From Paraspadella gotoi (lineage: Eukaryota; Animalia; Chaetognatha): a stretch of 64,000 nt of DNA. Made by a program: the position numbers and the translations under genes. Below, one piece after another: positions 50,804-64,000 of this stretch (its first letter is position 1; the number at the start of each line of letters is the position of its first letter). A model generated the notes under the pieces. It made no database searches, had not been told where the DNA came from, and was given only the letters and a program-made list of their open reading frames with translations. The DNA lies in assembly GCA_051294375.1 (NCBI GenBank), contig JBJCIZ010000239.1:5909074-5973073 (forward strand). The letters run 5' to 3'.

Positions 50804-53800
50804 CTCTCTCTCATCTTCTCTCTCTCTTCTCTCTCTCTCTTCTCTCTCTTTCTCCCTCTTCCTCTCTCTCTCTTCTCTCTCCTCTCTCTCTCCTCTCTTT
50901 TTCCTTCTCTTTTCACTTTAACTTCCAAATCCCTATCTACTCCCTCTCTCTTTTGATCTCTCGAAAGGAGAGTCGTGAAAACGATGTATCATGGAAACGA
51001 ACTCAAGGAACAGATGTTGTCTTTTTTTTTTTCAATTGGATCCTGGAATGTTTACTTCTTTTTTGCGAATTTCTCTTTGTTTTTCCTCCTTTTTTTTTTA
51101 CCCTTAACCTTAATTCCACTTTTCAACTTTTAATCTTTGGGACGGAGATTGTCGAATTTCCTTTCCCTTTCCCTTTCCCTTTCCTTTCCTTTCCTTTCCT
51201 TTCCTTTCCTTTCCTTTCCTTTCCTTTCTTTTCTTTTCTTTTCTTTTCTTTTCTTTTCTTTTCTTTTCTTTTCTTTTCTTTCCTTTCCTTTCCTTTCCTT
51301 TTCTTTCCTTCTTCTTTTCATTTTTTTTCCTTTCTTCTCCCTAGTAGGTAACATTTAAATCCGTGGTGGGATTTACTTCTTAGTTAAAAATATTTTTTTT
51401 ACATTTTTTGTTGTACCATTTTGTGGTTTTTCGTGGGAGAAAAAAAAATTATTTCGGAAAGAGATACGTACGTACGTACGTACGTATTTATAAAAAAATT
51501 AATACGAAAGAGAAAAATATTTTTTTCATTTTTGATTCTAAACCCAATATTTTTTTTTTGAAAATGGAATGATAATAAAAACTGAGCCCAAAAAAAAAGG
51601 TGAAAGGAAAAGAAGGTTGAAAATTTTTGAATCTCCCTCAGGGACCGAAAAAGCGGAAGGAAACAGTGGCTTGGGGTAAATTTGTCAGGCGCCAATATGA
51701 TTTCATACTTTCACGTATTTCAAATAAAAAAAATCATATAATAACATAAACTTTTTTTCTGTATTTGAAAAATATCAAAACATTAAACAATCTAAATAAA
51801 TATACTAACATAATGGGAACCGAGTCTCATTTATAAAAAAAAAGCCTGCTAGTTTATGATTTTTATAGAATGTTATAATGTTTGTCGAAGTAAAAACCAC
51901 TGAGCGACTTGTCAACTTTTGATTGATCTCATATCGAAACGAACATATCTATCATCTCTTACAACTAACTCAACTTGTATTTTGATGCTAGTACGCAGCA
52001 CAATATAATCTTCCACGATCTAATACGTAAGGTAGGGGTCATTTCGTACAATTGAAACATTCTATGAAATAATATACCACTTCATTGATAGGGAATAAAC
52101 GAGACAGTGAGAGTAGCCCAGTCAGCCTATTTTGTATATAGTACCACCCTTATATAATGTCAAAATTCAAAATGTTATCTTATAATTTTGAACAAGATTC
52201 CTTACAAAAAGTTTAAAAGGAAAATATATTTTTTTTAAAAATTATATTATTAATTAGGTTAAAATTTCACAAAACTGTATTTTTAAGCTGGAAATTAAAA
52301 ATTGGTATCTTAAATATATTTATAAAAATCTGACATTTTCGACTCTTCATCAGCGTTTGTCATTTTTGTCATTTTTTAAAAAAGAATTATACTTTCTGGA
52401 ATTTCAAAATTTATATTTTCAAATTTTAGCCTTTTATATCATCGCAGGAGAATCAACGATATACTTATACTTATACTGAATCAATGATATACTTATTCCT
52501 AAATATAGATATAGGGTAGATTTTTATTCTCACGTTTTAAACGCTAAATTTTAATTTTTATAAAATTGTATCATTTTCACATCACTCTGTTCTATACTCA
52601 CGTCACTTTTTTTTTATATCCGACTGCAGGATGGCTAGATATGATGATAAATGAACGTGAACTTAGTTCACCAAACATATATAGATGGGAAGAGGCTGGA
52701 ACCCGAACAACCCGACAACAGTAAAGAACCGAAGAAAAAGGAGAGAGAGCAGAGAGATAGAGAGAACGAGGAGAGATATGAAGACTGTGTACAGTGGACC
52801 GAGGTACCATTCTCGCAAGTCGAAGGAACTAATAAGGTAAACGAGGTGGGTACCGTTTCATTTAATTTTCTTTTGAACAGTGTTTAGGAAAAGTGCTAGC
52901 GACCAATCAACGCTATAGTTGCCTAAAAGGTTCGAATACATCATGAAAGTTAGTACTCAAGTTCAAAAAAGGATTGCGCCGTTATAACCTACTGAGCTAC
53001 GCTAAAATGTACTTCCTATAAGAATACGCATGAGAAATTGTTAGTAACTGGACAACATTGTCATCGTCTAGCGAATTGGTGTTCCAGGATTGATTGATTG
53101 ATGATGATGGTTCTTTTTCCCTTATCTGTTGGTGGAATTAGATCCCAATAGATTTCTGTGTTTTGAGGGATGTGGAAAACTTTCGGTTTTTGGGCTCTTT
53201 TTTGAAAAGGGTTTCTGCAAAGTTAATTTCGCAACATGCGTCGAGTAGCGCTCAGCGCTTTTCTGTTGATCTTGAAGATTGTTCGGTAGAAAACTGTATC
53301 TTTACAGCCTTTCAGTGAAACTGGTCAATCTATTTTGCATGAACTCCACTCCATGAAGGTATGGCTGAGGAGCATGAGAGTTAGCCTAGGTTGAGATCTG
53401 GGGAATAGCGCCAGTATAGAAACCGAGCCCAGGAGGCTATCAAATAGCGCAGGACATTCTGAAAAGTCATCACCACTTGGCTAATCATCTGCAAGCTTGA
53501 GTAGCTTCGCGACATTAATATTTTGTTAGCTCCTGGCTTATAGTTTTATTGGAATGGTTGAAACCACAGAGCAAAGAGAGAGAGAGAGAACAAGGAAGAA
53601 AGAAGAAGAGAGAGAAAGAGAAAGAAAGAAAGAGAGAGGGAAAGAAAGAAAGAGAGAGAGAAGAGAAAGAAAAGATGAGAGAGAGAGAGAGAGAGAGAAG
53701 AGGAGCAATAATGGTCTGACTTTTTCTCTCGGCAGTTTCTCAGCGACTGATTTGTCTAGCCTCGTGACTTAGCCGCGCGAACTTGACCGCCGTCAGGCAC

Positions 53801-56800
53801 CGACAGAGTAACGGTTCGAGCGTTACTGATGGCACGCGTAATGGGCCTCGGGCGTTTGGTGCCAAAGGCGAGGCGTTGCTTTCTTTGCCGATTCTCGCAC
53901 TCGTGAGAAGGAGTGAAAAGAATGGATTGGACGAACCGGACGAAAACGGACGGCGAAGAGAGAACGACGAATCACTCACGACAGACCGAAAAGAAGACAA
54001 GAGAAGAATGAAAAACATGACGGCGGACGGAAGTCGATGACGATAAAAAGGCACGAAACCCCGACGGCGGAAGACGAATGAATCTGACAAAGAGACTCAT
54101 GAGCGACCGAATGAACAACGACGAGAAAACAGACGAAGACCCGACCGAGAAGGCTACGAAGCCTCGTAGACAGCTGTCAAGTGATTTTTTGTTTTAGAGA
54201 TTTTTTAAAACACTAGGTGAGATGAGCATGGAGGAGGAAGAAAAGATAAAGTTATGGGTAATTTGACATCTGCTCACGTCGCATTTCAACATTTTATTAT
54301 CAATTCAATTTGTTAAATTCAACTAAGAGCACCTGCTGAGACGTATTTGCTGTTAATTTTAGGAGCTCAAATGATTTGAACAAACACGACGACGATGAAA
54401 TGAATATAACGACAAACGTCTTTTGTATCGTCTGTGACCCTATACCGTTGTGGTTATTTCTGTTTAGAAAAATTGATAAGAATTAAATGTTATTGTCATT
54501 CCAACCGTGTTCACTGACTTTATAGCATAGGGGATTTCAGGGTTCATTAGCCCATATTATTGTTCGGGAATTTGCCAGTCTTTTCCGTTAGCCACTTGTT
54601 GTTTCGTCAATTTCCGTCTGGCGACACTCGGGTCGCTATTTATACTTTTTTTCGCCTTCAAAAAAAACCGAAATAAAAAATGTCGGGGATATGGGTTGGA
54701 AGATGGTAATAGAAAAGGCATTTTGTAACTCTAGTTTCTCTTCTAGCAAATGCAACGAGTCATCTTGGTAATTTAGGAGTCGGGTACGGATAATAGCGCT
54801 TAACTGTAGCGATGGGTGATTAAATGACAATGTATGCAGTCAACGAGAATGCGAAGGGCTCGTATATCTCTCCTAAAAGTCAAATCGTGATTGCGAAACA
54901 AGCAGTGCTATGCGGACCCGGAAAGAATACGAATGAGATAGGGATGGCAGGATCGCATATAGGATGTGTGTACGCGGTGGAATGTAGATAAATCGCATTG
55001 TTTGAATTTTAGAGGTATTTGACTTTTTTTCGTGTCCGTTTCCTGGCGTGTAGGTGAAGAATGATAGATAGAAGTGAATTTAAATATGTTATATGATATA
55101 GCGAACGGTAGCACCAGACGGCAAGAATTCATGCTTTGTACAATCAAACAAATGATTTCAAAAAATTTGTGAAATGTGACTGCCCAAGTGAAAGTAAGGA
55201 GAATGAATAGGGGAAAAATCACTCTTAAGCACGGAAGATCATGGAGATAGATTTTCGAAATATAATCATGGCGGTATCGTCTTGTTTCGGATTTGCAATC
55301 AACAAGGAGAGATGGGATTTTTCTCCCACTTTCCCCCGCGCGGAAAGAAAATTAATGACTATCAACCATTCGAATCTCCTTTAATGATAGACCATAAGCC
55401 TTATGTATCAATGTTTATCATGGTCCCTTTAATGAAAAAAAAAATATTGCCTATTTTAAACAATTGCTCATCCAAGATGGATGTGACAGGCGATGACTGA
55501 GTGACCTGGAGATTTTGTATGTGGGCTAGGAAAGTGTGTGATTGACAGGAACTACCAAAGTTCGCTGACATAGTTAGTGGAAATGAAAGTTTAAATGAGA
55601 AAAAAACAAAACCTGATTTTTAACTAATTGTTCAATGCTTGCTTTTTCCTTTTTATCTAGTTAATATGTATTGCAGGCATGGTATTAATAAATCAATGAA
55701 TTAATCAGTTAATTAATCAATTTAGTAAATAAAGATATCATAAAATTAATTAATGTCAGTCTCAATTCCGTCAATCCTACCATCTTTAGCAAAAAAGCTC
55801 AATAATGTGATTGGCTGGGTTGGGGATATTGGAACTTAGATATTTGTGTGTGGGTAGCGGAAAAGTATGTGCTGAATAAGCTGGCACTATAATTGAATTG
55901 GTATCGCAGCGCGGCCAGCGCACCTGCGACGCGCCCGCTCGTTGAGTCTCGGAAATTCCAGTATAAATGACAAAAACATAAGTCGAATAATTATAATAAT
56001 CTCTTTTAACCTTAATTTATTAAGTCAATAAACATCAATCAATTATCAAATTGGAGTAGATTGAGATGAAATTTTCGATGTCCTGGGTTAGAGGAAAACG
56101 TCAATGAGAAGTGATATAAAGCTTCAGTGGGAGATACGTACCAGTGGATTCGAAGCTTTAATTGAAAAAATATGGAAGTCAACATTTAAACTTGGACATC
56201 TATTATAATTTATATTACCATAGATAGATTGAGCATGAATTTGTGACCAGTAGAAAGTGAGGAAGCAGCATAAGATATAAGTTTGGCGAAGCACTTGAAA
56301 AATAAATTCGATGCAATTGGAGAAAATGACTGCAAGTTAAAAAAAATGATTAAAAGATGACATAGGATCGTCTATCGCAAAAATGGATATTGATGAGAGA
56401 GAAGAGGAGAGAACTAAGAGAGACGGAGAGAGATGCAGATGAGAGTGAGAGAGGACAGAAGCAGAGCACCTATGAGGAGAAGGCGATGCGAGAGCATGAG
56501 AGACGAGAGACGGGAGACATAAATAAATAAAATCTTTAAAAAGGACTCGAAGAATCGAGTGCAGAGCCCACTATATCAGTCAATAAATCTATATTGAAAA
56601 GAAACCGAGGAAAAAACGAATGACTGATAATCGGAGATTGGCGGACATTGTATAGACTTGATGGGTAATCTAATTGATCTGTATACGTATGTGATGCATG
56701 TAATGTATTTTATTAATGTAATAGGAATTCGATATTGATTTGTTATGATAATCTAATTATTGATCCCGCGATGATAGTCTTACTGCTGTGATCATATAGT

Positions 56801-59657
56801 CATTCAGGTGATGCGAATGATCTGTCATCTCATTTGATGGATCGATTGTCATTGGCTATGGTGGCTGCGCATGATAGTTCAATAAACACAATGCGTGTAT
56901 CGAGTGAAAGAGAGAGAGAGAGAGAGAGAGAGAGAACGGAGAGAGAGAAGAGAGAGAAGAGAAGAGAAGAGAAGGGTGAGCAGAGAAGAGAAAGAGAGGA
57001 GAGAGATGAGAAGAGACGAATGAGAGAGAGAAAGAAAATAATCCACGAAAAATCTCGGATGAAATATTGGGATTTTGTATTCTGAAAAGAAGCGCGGGAA
57101 ACACAAATGGCAATAATAAAAGTTTTTAGTAGGGAAAAAATAAGTCAGGAATTTTTCCAAAAACAAACGATCACAGCATAGGAGATCGGACAGATAGGGA
57201 CAAGACACCTAGCAACAGAGAGACAGATGAGAGAGAGGATGAAGAGTAGAGTGAGAGAGAACCGGTTTCCGCTGCTGAGAAAAAGGCAGAAGAGAAGAGA
57301 GCCGTATTGAATAATTAAATGGATAGAGCGAGAGAGAGTTACAGCGCCTTTACTCGTTAAAGTAGATCAGCGAGTACTTATATGGTCGCGCACGCAGTTA
57401 GAAGTCTGAGACTACCACCGGTTCGCGTGTTACTTTAATTGCGAAGACCCGTATTCGCTTATGCCGGTAATTCTTTTTGTAAAGACGAGTTAGTGACGTA
57501 CAGATTAGGGATAATATCAGACAGAATTTTGGATAAGAAGAAGAGGAAAACGAGGAGAAGAGAGTAGAGAGGAACGAAGCTGGACACTCGCTGAGGAGTC
57601 GACTGCGTTTATTAGAAGAAGCAGGTGCGGGAAAAGAGAGAGAGAGGCAGCAGACATTAATTACAGGACGTTTTGTTTTGTAAATAAAACAATAAAACAA
57701 ATACCAATATTGATATGGAAATGAGAGATTTTAAGATCTGATCTGGATTAGAAAGCCAGTATATGTAAAATTCAACTCTCTATGATATCAGAGCATTTAA
57801 GAAGCATGATGCAAATGATAGCGATAGACAGAAAGCTTGAAACGAAAAAAAATCTGAGACAGGGACGGGAACTATTACGCCAGACCTGGCATAATAGGAG
57901 GATATTTGTTTGTTTGATAATGTAAACGAAAACGATTTAATAACTGTCCTGACTCAATTGTGTAAGGACATCGATAGATGACAAGCTGAATATAAATATA
58001 ATTAATCTATATTAATTATATTAATTAATTCATGCTATTAATTAATTATTAATTATGCAATTAATTTAATTAATTATCGGATAGAGCAGATCACATTGTT
58101 TTGCTCACTTTTTTTTTACCCTTAATGTCCACTTTTCAACTTTTAATCTTTGGGACGGAGATTGTCGAATTTCCTTTCCCTTTCCCTTTCCCTTTCCTTT
58201 CCTTTTCTTTCCTTTCCTTTCCTTTCCTTTCCTTTCTTTCTTTCTTTTCTTTTCTTTTCTTTTCTTTTCTTTTCTTTTCTTTTCTTTTCTTTTTCTTTTC
58301 TTTTTCTTCCTTTTCTTTCCTTCTTCTTTTCATTTTTTTCCTGTTCTTCTCCTCAGTAGTACGGTAACATTTAAATCCGTCGGTGGGATTTTACTTCTAA
58401 TAGTTAAAAATATTTTTTTTACATTTTTTGTTGTACCATTTTGTGGTTTTTCGTGGAGAAAAAAAATTATTTCGGAAGAGATACGTACGTACGTACGTAC
58501 GTATTTATAAAAATTAATACGAAAGAGAAAAATATTTTTTTCATTTATTGATTCTAAACCCAATATTTTTTTTTTGTGAACATGGAATGATAATAAAAAC
58601 TGAGCCCAAAAAAAGGTGAAAGAAAAGAAGGTTGAAATATTTTTGAAATCTCCTCAGGAGCGAAAAGCGGAAGGAAAACGATGTGGCTTGGGGTAAATTT
58701 GTCGAGGCGCCAATATGATTTCATTTTCACGTAATTTCAAATAAAATCATTATAATAAACATAAACTTTTTTTCTGTATTTGAAAAATATCAAAAAATTA
58801 AACAATCTAATAAATATACTAACATAATACATCTCTTATAAAAAAAAGCCTGCTAGTTTTATGATTTTAATATAGAATGTATATTGTTTGTCGAGTAAAA
58901 ACACTGAGCCTACTGTCAACTTTTGATTGATCCTATATCGAAACGAAACATATTCTTCATCTCTTACAACTATACTCAACTTGTATTTTGATTGCTAGTA
59001 CGCAGCACAATATATCTTCCACGATCTAATACGTAAGGTAGGGGTCTTTCGTACATTGAAACACTTCTATGAATAATATACCACGTCATTGATAGGGAAT
59101 AAACGAGACAGTGAGAGGAAGGCAGACCAAGGTGCAGGCATATTTTTGAGTATATATGTGACCAGCGGAAGAAGGCAGGGCTTGCAACCTATACAGAGGC
59201 AAGAACATTCTCTGCCCCTAGACGGGCTTGCTCGCGCATAACACCCACCAATCCTCAACGCTCTGCGTTCTCTCTCCTGTGGATAAGGACGGTGCGGACA
59301 TCCTGCTAGTTCGAATGCGAATCACCGCGCGCCAAGAGAGAGACGAGGGTGTGAGTCATCTCGACGCAGTGAGGATCGGGATAGCATGTACTATCTGGGC
59401 AACATGATAAGATCCTCGCACTCCGTTCTCGATGAGAGGGTCTGAAACCTTAGTGCTCGAGCTGAACTCTGGCTCGCGTTCTATGCTAGCACTTTTAGTA
59501 GTGGGTGAATGATCGATGACTAAGAGTGCGACATTAGGATTTATGTATCTGTTTCCTATTAACATATTATATACTTACCATACTTACCATCTTTTCCTGA
59601 TGAGAGACTAAGGTTAGAACCTACCGCTTTAGCTAGATATACTCCACATCTTCCAAG

Positions 59658-59733
59658 TGGGCGGCCCAAATGTGGGGGCTCGAACCCACGACCAGGATTA
59701 AGAGTCCTGTGCTCTTACCGACTGAGCTAACCC
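59658..59733 (-). tRNA. tRNA-Lys(CTT)-derived copy, 5'-clipped, apparently including CCA
   Basis: Reverse complement reads GGTTAGCTCAGTCGGTAAGAGCACAGGACTCTTAATCCTGGTCGTGGGTTCGAGCCCCCACATTTGGGC..CCA, matching eukaryotic tRNA-Lys-CTT apart from indels. Confidence 0.75.
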
Positions 59734-62700
59734 TTATATAATGTCAAAATTCAAAATGTTATCTTATATTTGGATCAATTCCTACAAAAGTTTAAACGAT
59801 AGGAAAATTTTTTTTTAAAATTATATTATTAGATTAAGGTTAAAATTTCACGAAACTGTATTTTTAAGGCCTGAAATTAAAATCGGTATCTTAATATATT
59901 TTTTTAAACATTTTTTTCTAAAAAGAGAGAAAAATTTCGATGGAACAACAGAATTTTTATTAAAAAAAATTTTTATATCCGACTGCAGCCCTATTCTTCA
60001 ACGACGCCTCCCTTAAGGGAAAAAAAAACCCTGTTCGACTCTGAACTATCTTTCTATCTTCTCCCCTCATCCTTCTATCTCCTCAACTCCTCTCTCCTCT
60101 TCTATCCTCTCCTCTACTTCTCTCCTACACTTCAACTATCTTTCTATCTTCTCCTCTCTCCTCATCCTACTATCTCTCCTCCTCTCCCTTCTATCCTCTC
60201 TATCTCTCCTCTTCTCCTTATATCTTTTCTCTCTTCTCCCCTCATCCTTCTATCTCTCAACTCATCTCTCCCATTTCTATCCTCTCCTACTCCTCTCTCC
60301 TTAACTATCTTTCTTCTCTCTGCCCTCATCCGTCTATCTCCTCAACTCCTCACTCCTTCTATCCTTCCTTTCCTTCTCCTCCTCTCCTTAACTATCTTTC
60401 TCTCTTTCTCCCCTCATCCTTCTATCTCCTCAACTCCTCTCTCACCTTCTATTCCTCTCTACTACTCCTCTCTCCTTAATTATCTTTCTCTCTTCTGCCC
60501 TCATACTTCTATCTTTTTCCTCCTCTCTTCTTTCTTTCCTTCTTCTTTCTCTCTCCTCTCTCAATTGATTTCTCCTCCTCTCTCCTCAACTCTCTCTTCT
60601 CTTCTCACCGTCTCCTCTCTATTTCTCTCTCCTTTTCTTTCCTCCTCCTCCTCTCTTTTCTCTCCTTTTTCCTCTTTCTCCTCCTTCTCCTTCTTTTCTC
60701 ATCTTTCTTCCTCCACACATTTCCTTCCTCCCTTGTTGTTTTTCCTCCTCTCCTGCCCCTCTCTCCTTTTCTCCTCGTCTCTCAACTTTTTTTTTCCCCT
60801 CTGTCTTCTTTTTTCTCTTCTCATTCCTCTATTTTTTTCATATAACCAGCAACATTTCCTCTCCAATGAAAAAAAAAACCTGCCAAATACTTGGGATTGA
60901 CTTCTTCCTTTGTTTTTCCCTCTGAAACGTTTTTTATTGTTTAGTTTGGTCTTTCTTTCTCCTCTTTCGTCTCTCTGTTCTTTCTCTCTCTTCGTTCTTA
61001 ATATCTCTCTCTCTCTCTGCTCTGGCTTTANNNNNNNNNNNNNNNNNNNNNNNNNCTCTATTTTCAACGTCGACTCCCTTAAGGGAAAAAAAACCCTGTC
61101 CTCTCCTGAACTATCTTTCTATCTTCTCCCCTCACTTCTATCTCCTCAACTCCTCTCTCCTCTTCTATCCTCTCCTACTACTCCTCTCTCCTTAAACTAT
61201 CTTTCATCTTCTCCCCTCATCCTTCTATCTCCTCAACTCATCTCTCCCTTCTATCCTCTCCTACTTCTCCTCTCTCCTTAACTATCTTTCTCTCTTCTCC
61301 CCTCATCGTTCTATCTCCTCAACTCCTCTCTCCCCTTCTATCCTCTCTACTACTCCTCTCTCCTTAACTATCTTTCTATCTTCTCCCTCATCCTTCTATC
61401 TCCTCAACTCCTCTCTCCCTTCTATCCTCTCCTACTACGTCCTCTCTCCTGAACTATCTTTCATCTTCTCCCCTCATACTTCTATCTCCTAAACTTCTCT
61501 CTCCTCTTCTATCCTTCTCCTTACTACTCCTCTCTCCTGAACTATCTTTCTATCATCCTCCCTCATCCTTCTATCTCCTCAACTCCTCTCTCCTCTTCTA
61601 TACCTCTCCTACTACTCTTCTTTCCTGAACTATCTGCTATTTCTTCCCTCTTCTCTTCTAATCTCCTCACTCCGCTCTCTCTTTTATCCTCTCCTTACTA
61701 CTCCTCTCTCCTAACTATCTTTCTATCTCTCCCCTCATCCTTCTATCTCCTCAACTTCTCTCTCCCCTTCTATCATCTCCTACTTCTCCTCTCTCCTTAA
61801 CTATCTTCTCTCTTCTGCCCTCATCCGTCTATCTCCAATCTCCTCACTCCCATCTATCCTCTCCTTCTTCTCCTCTCTCTTTAACTATCTTTCTCTCTTC
61901 TCCCCTCATCCTTCATTCTCCTCAACTCCTCTCTCACCTTCTATCTTCTCTACTTCTCCTCTCTCCTTAACTATCTTCTCTCTTCTGCCCTCATACTTCT
62001 ATCTCTTTCCTCCTCTCTTCTTTCTTTCCTTCCTTCTTTCTCTCTCTCCTCTCTCAATTGATTTCTCCTCCTCCTTCTCCTCAACTCCTCTCTTCTTCTT
62101 CTCACGTCTCATTCTCTAAGCTTCGACTTAAAATTTCCATTTTCTATTCTGCCATATTTTCTAGTGAAACGAATTTCATGGACAAAGAAGAGAAAAAGAA
62201 GAATAAAAAATAAAGAATTAAAAAAACAAAACAAAAAAACAAACAGAGACTGAATAAAAAGCTTTAGAAACTTTGCGCAAACGTAAAATTTAGTAGTAAT
62301 GTAGTTTTAATTTTTAACTAATCATGTTTAGAAAAAGGAGGCCAATTTATTACCGTACATTCAATTGACTTCGTTCTACTGATTTAGATTTGATAAAAAA
62401 ATTTAAGCTCAAATTTTAAATTCCGAATATACAAACACCCATTTGTCCGAAAGTGACAGTTGTGACAGTTGAAATAGTTGTGACAATTGAAATATTTGCG
62501 ACAGTTGAAAGAGTTGTGACAGACGGGAGACAGACGCATCCGCAATAAAGATTTTTATCTTCTCTCCTTTTCTCTCTGCCTTTTCGGCCTTATTTTCCCA
62601 AAACGGCCCATTTAATTTGAAATTCAGAATAAGATTTAATTTAAGTGAAATATTAGGTTAGATTAGGGTTAGGGATTAGGTAAAGAATTATATTAAGTTT

Positions 62701-63382
62701 AAGGTTTATGATTAAGCTTAAAGATTTAGGTTAGGGATTAATATTTAGATTAGGCCTTAGTGATTAGTTTATAAACATAAAACTGAAAAGAGAACGGTCG
62801 CGACACGCGCTGCATAAGTCTATCAGTCGCACAGATTCTAGGTCGCAGCAAAGTCAGCAAAATAGTCACCAAATTTAAACCGCGCTAAATTTTTGGGTCA
62901 ATGTGTTCGTATTTTCAGGTGATCACGTGACTTTAAATGTGATAACATATTCACATTAAAAGTCGTTTGTATAGGCTCACTTTTCATACTAAATATGAAG
63001 TAAATTGATGAGTTATTAAATAAGTATTAAGCAATTTTTAACGTTAAGTGGGACAGAGCAATGGACGAACATGACCGACCGAAAAAGTGAAACTCAAAGA
63101 ACAGAGAGTCTCGTGGAAAAAACCCTGGAGGAAACTCGAGGTCAAGGTCGAAGGAAGAAACAGAGGGTGGGGAGAGGGGAGAATTGTGTCGTGGAAATTT
63201 GTGTCGGTCTGTCGGTAAAAATAAAAAGGATTTTTTTTGTCGTGGGAAAGACCGTCGAAGTCGAAATTTAATCAGTCAAAAATACAACATCGCTCTCTCT
63301 GTCTATGTCTCTCTCTCTGTCTTACTTTGTCTCTCTCTCTCTCTCTCTCATTCTCTCTCCTCTCTCTCTCCTCTCTCTCTCG

Positions 63383-63416
<34 letters not shown>

Positions 63417-64000
63417 TGGTTTTTCTTTAGTAATAGACATGAAACCGTTCTTAATCGCGAACATTGTGTTGTATTGACTTATTATTTCTTTTCCATACTT
63501 TAATTGAAACATATTTTCATTTATATGATAGTTTTTATAGCTGTGAGTCTGTTGTTGAAATCTAGTTTTCTCAAAAATTGTGTTTACAGTAACCGTTACT
63601 TCTAATTTTTACCATTTAACCATTTTAACATTTTAACATTGAACGACGTGACTAAAAAGGTCGTATAGGCCGCGGAGTGGTGTTGCCATGACCGTATCCG
63701 TGTATTTCATTTCAATGTCATCTCATTCATTCATTTCTATCTTCTCCTGTGCGATAACCAAAGCCTTTCTCTACTCTTTCCTTTTTTTCTCATTTTTTCT
63801 TCTTTTTTTACTCAATATAATCGCGATACTTTTTTCTTTTTTCTCGTTGTAGTTGTTGTATTTTGCCGAAAAAACCGAATTTAAGGCGCGAGCACGCAGG
63901 AACAACTCGGGCGTGTTGAAACGACGACGATTAATGGCGACGATAACTGACGACAACTAAAATGATGAGGACAATGACGACCACGACGACGATGATGCTG

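Noticed and set aside
53740-54170. Possible signal-anchor first exon on the minus strand
   Set aside because: Noisy sequence with no recognisable motif or dependable splice sites.
59428-59455. Hammerhead-like CTCGATGAGAGGGTCTGAAAC
   Set aside because: The core needs edits, there is no UH site or stem I, and the region is noisy.

Overview
This is an AT-rich, repeat-laden eukaryotic (probably invertebrate animal) genomic window; it is not prokaryotic. The main gene is a complete 11-exon Golgi alpha-mannosidase II-like GH38 gene on the minus strand (16324 to 1485, about 1140 aa when spliced by hand). It keeps the catalytic residues but appears to have lost the GlcNAc anchor-site residues. Its introns are unusual: donors are mostly degenerate, one intron appears to be GG-AG with flanking direct repeats, and four of ten introns have mutually complementary ends. 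Mobile DNA includes a frameshifted Ty3/Gypsy pol in intron 7 and two families of short TG...CA LTR-type elements carrying tRNA-like sequences. One family forms a two-LTR mini-element whose primer-binding site matches its own embedded tRNA mimic. The other has 4-bp target duplications and a twister-ribozyme-like motif, and one copy rebuilt a splice acceptor on insertion. Also present are a 77-bp satellite inside an apparent foldback structure, an insertion ending in a nearly whole tRNA-Lys complement, several minisatellites, and a noisy probable second GH38 paralog. Much of 20-64 kb is error-rich and duplicated around three 25-N gaps, so part of that duplication is probably an assembly artefact.
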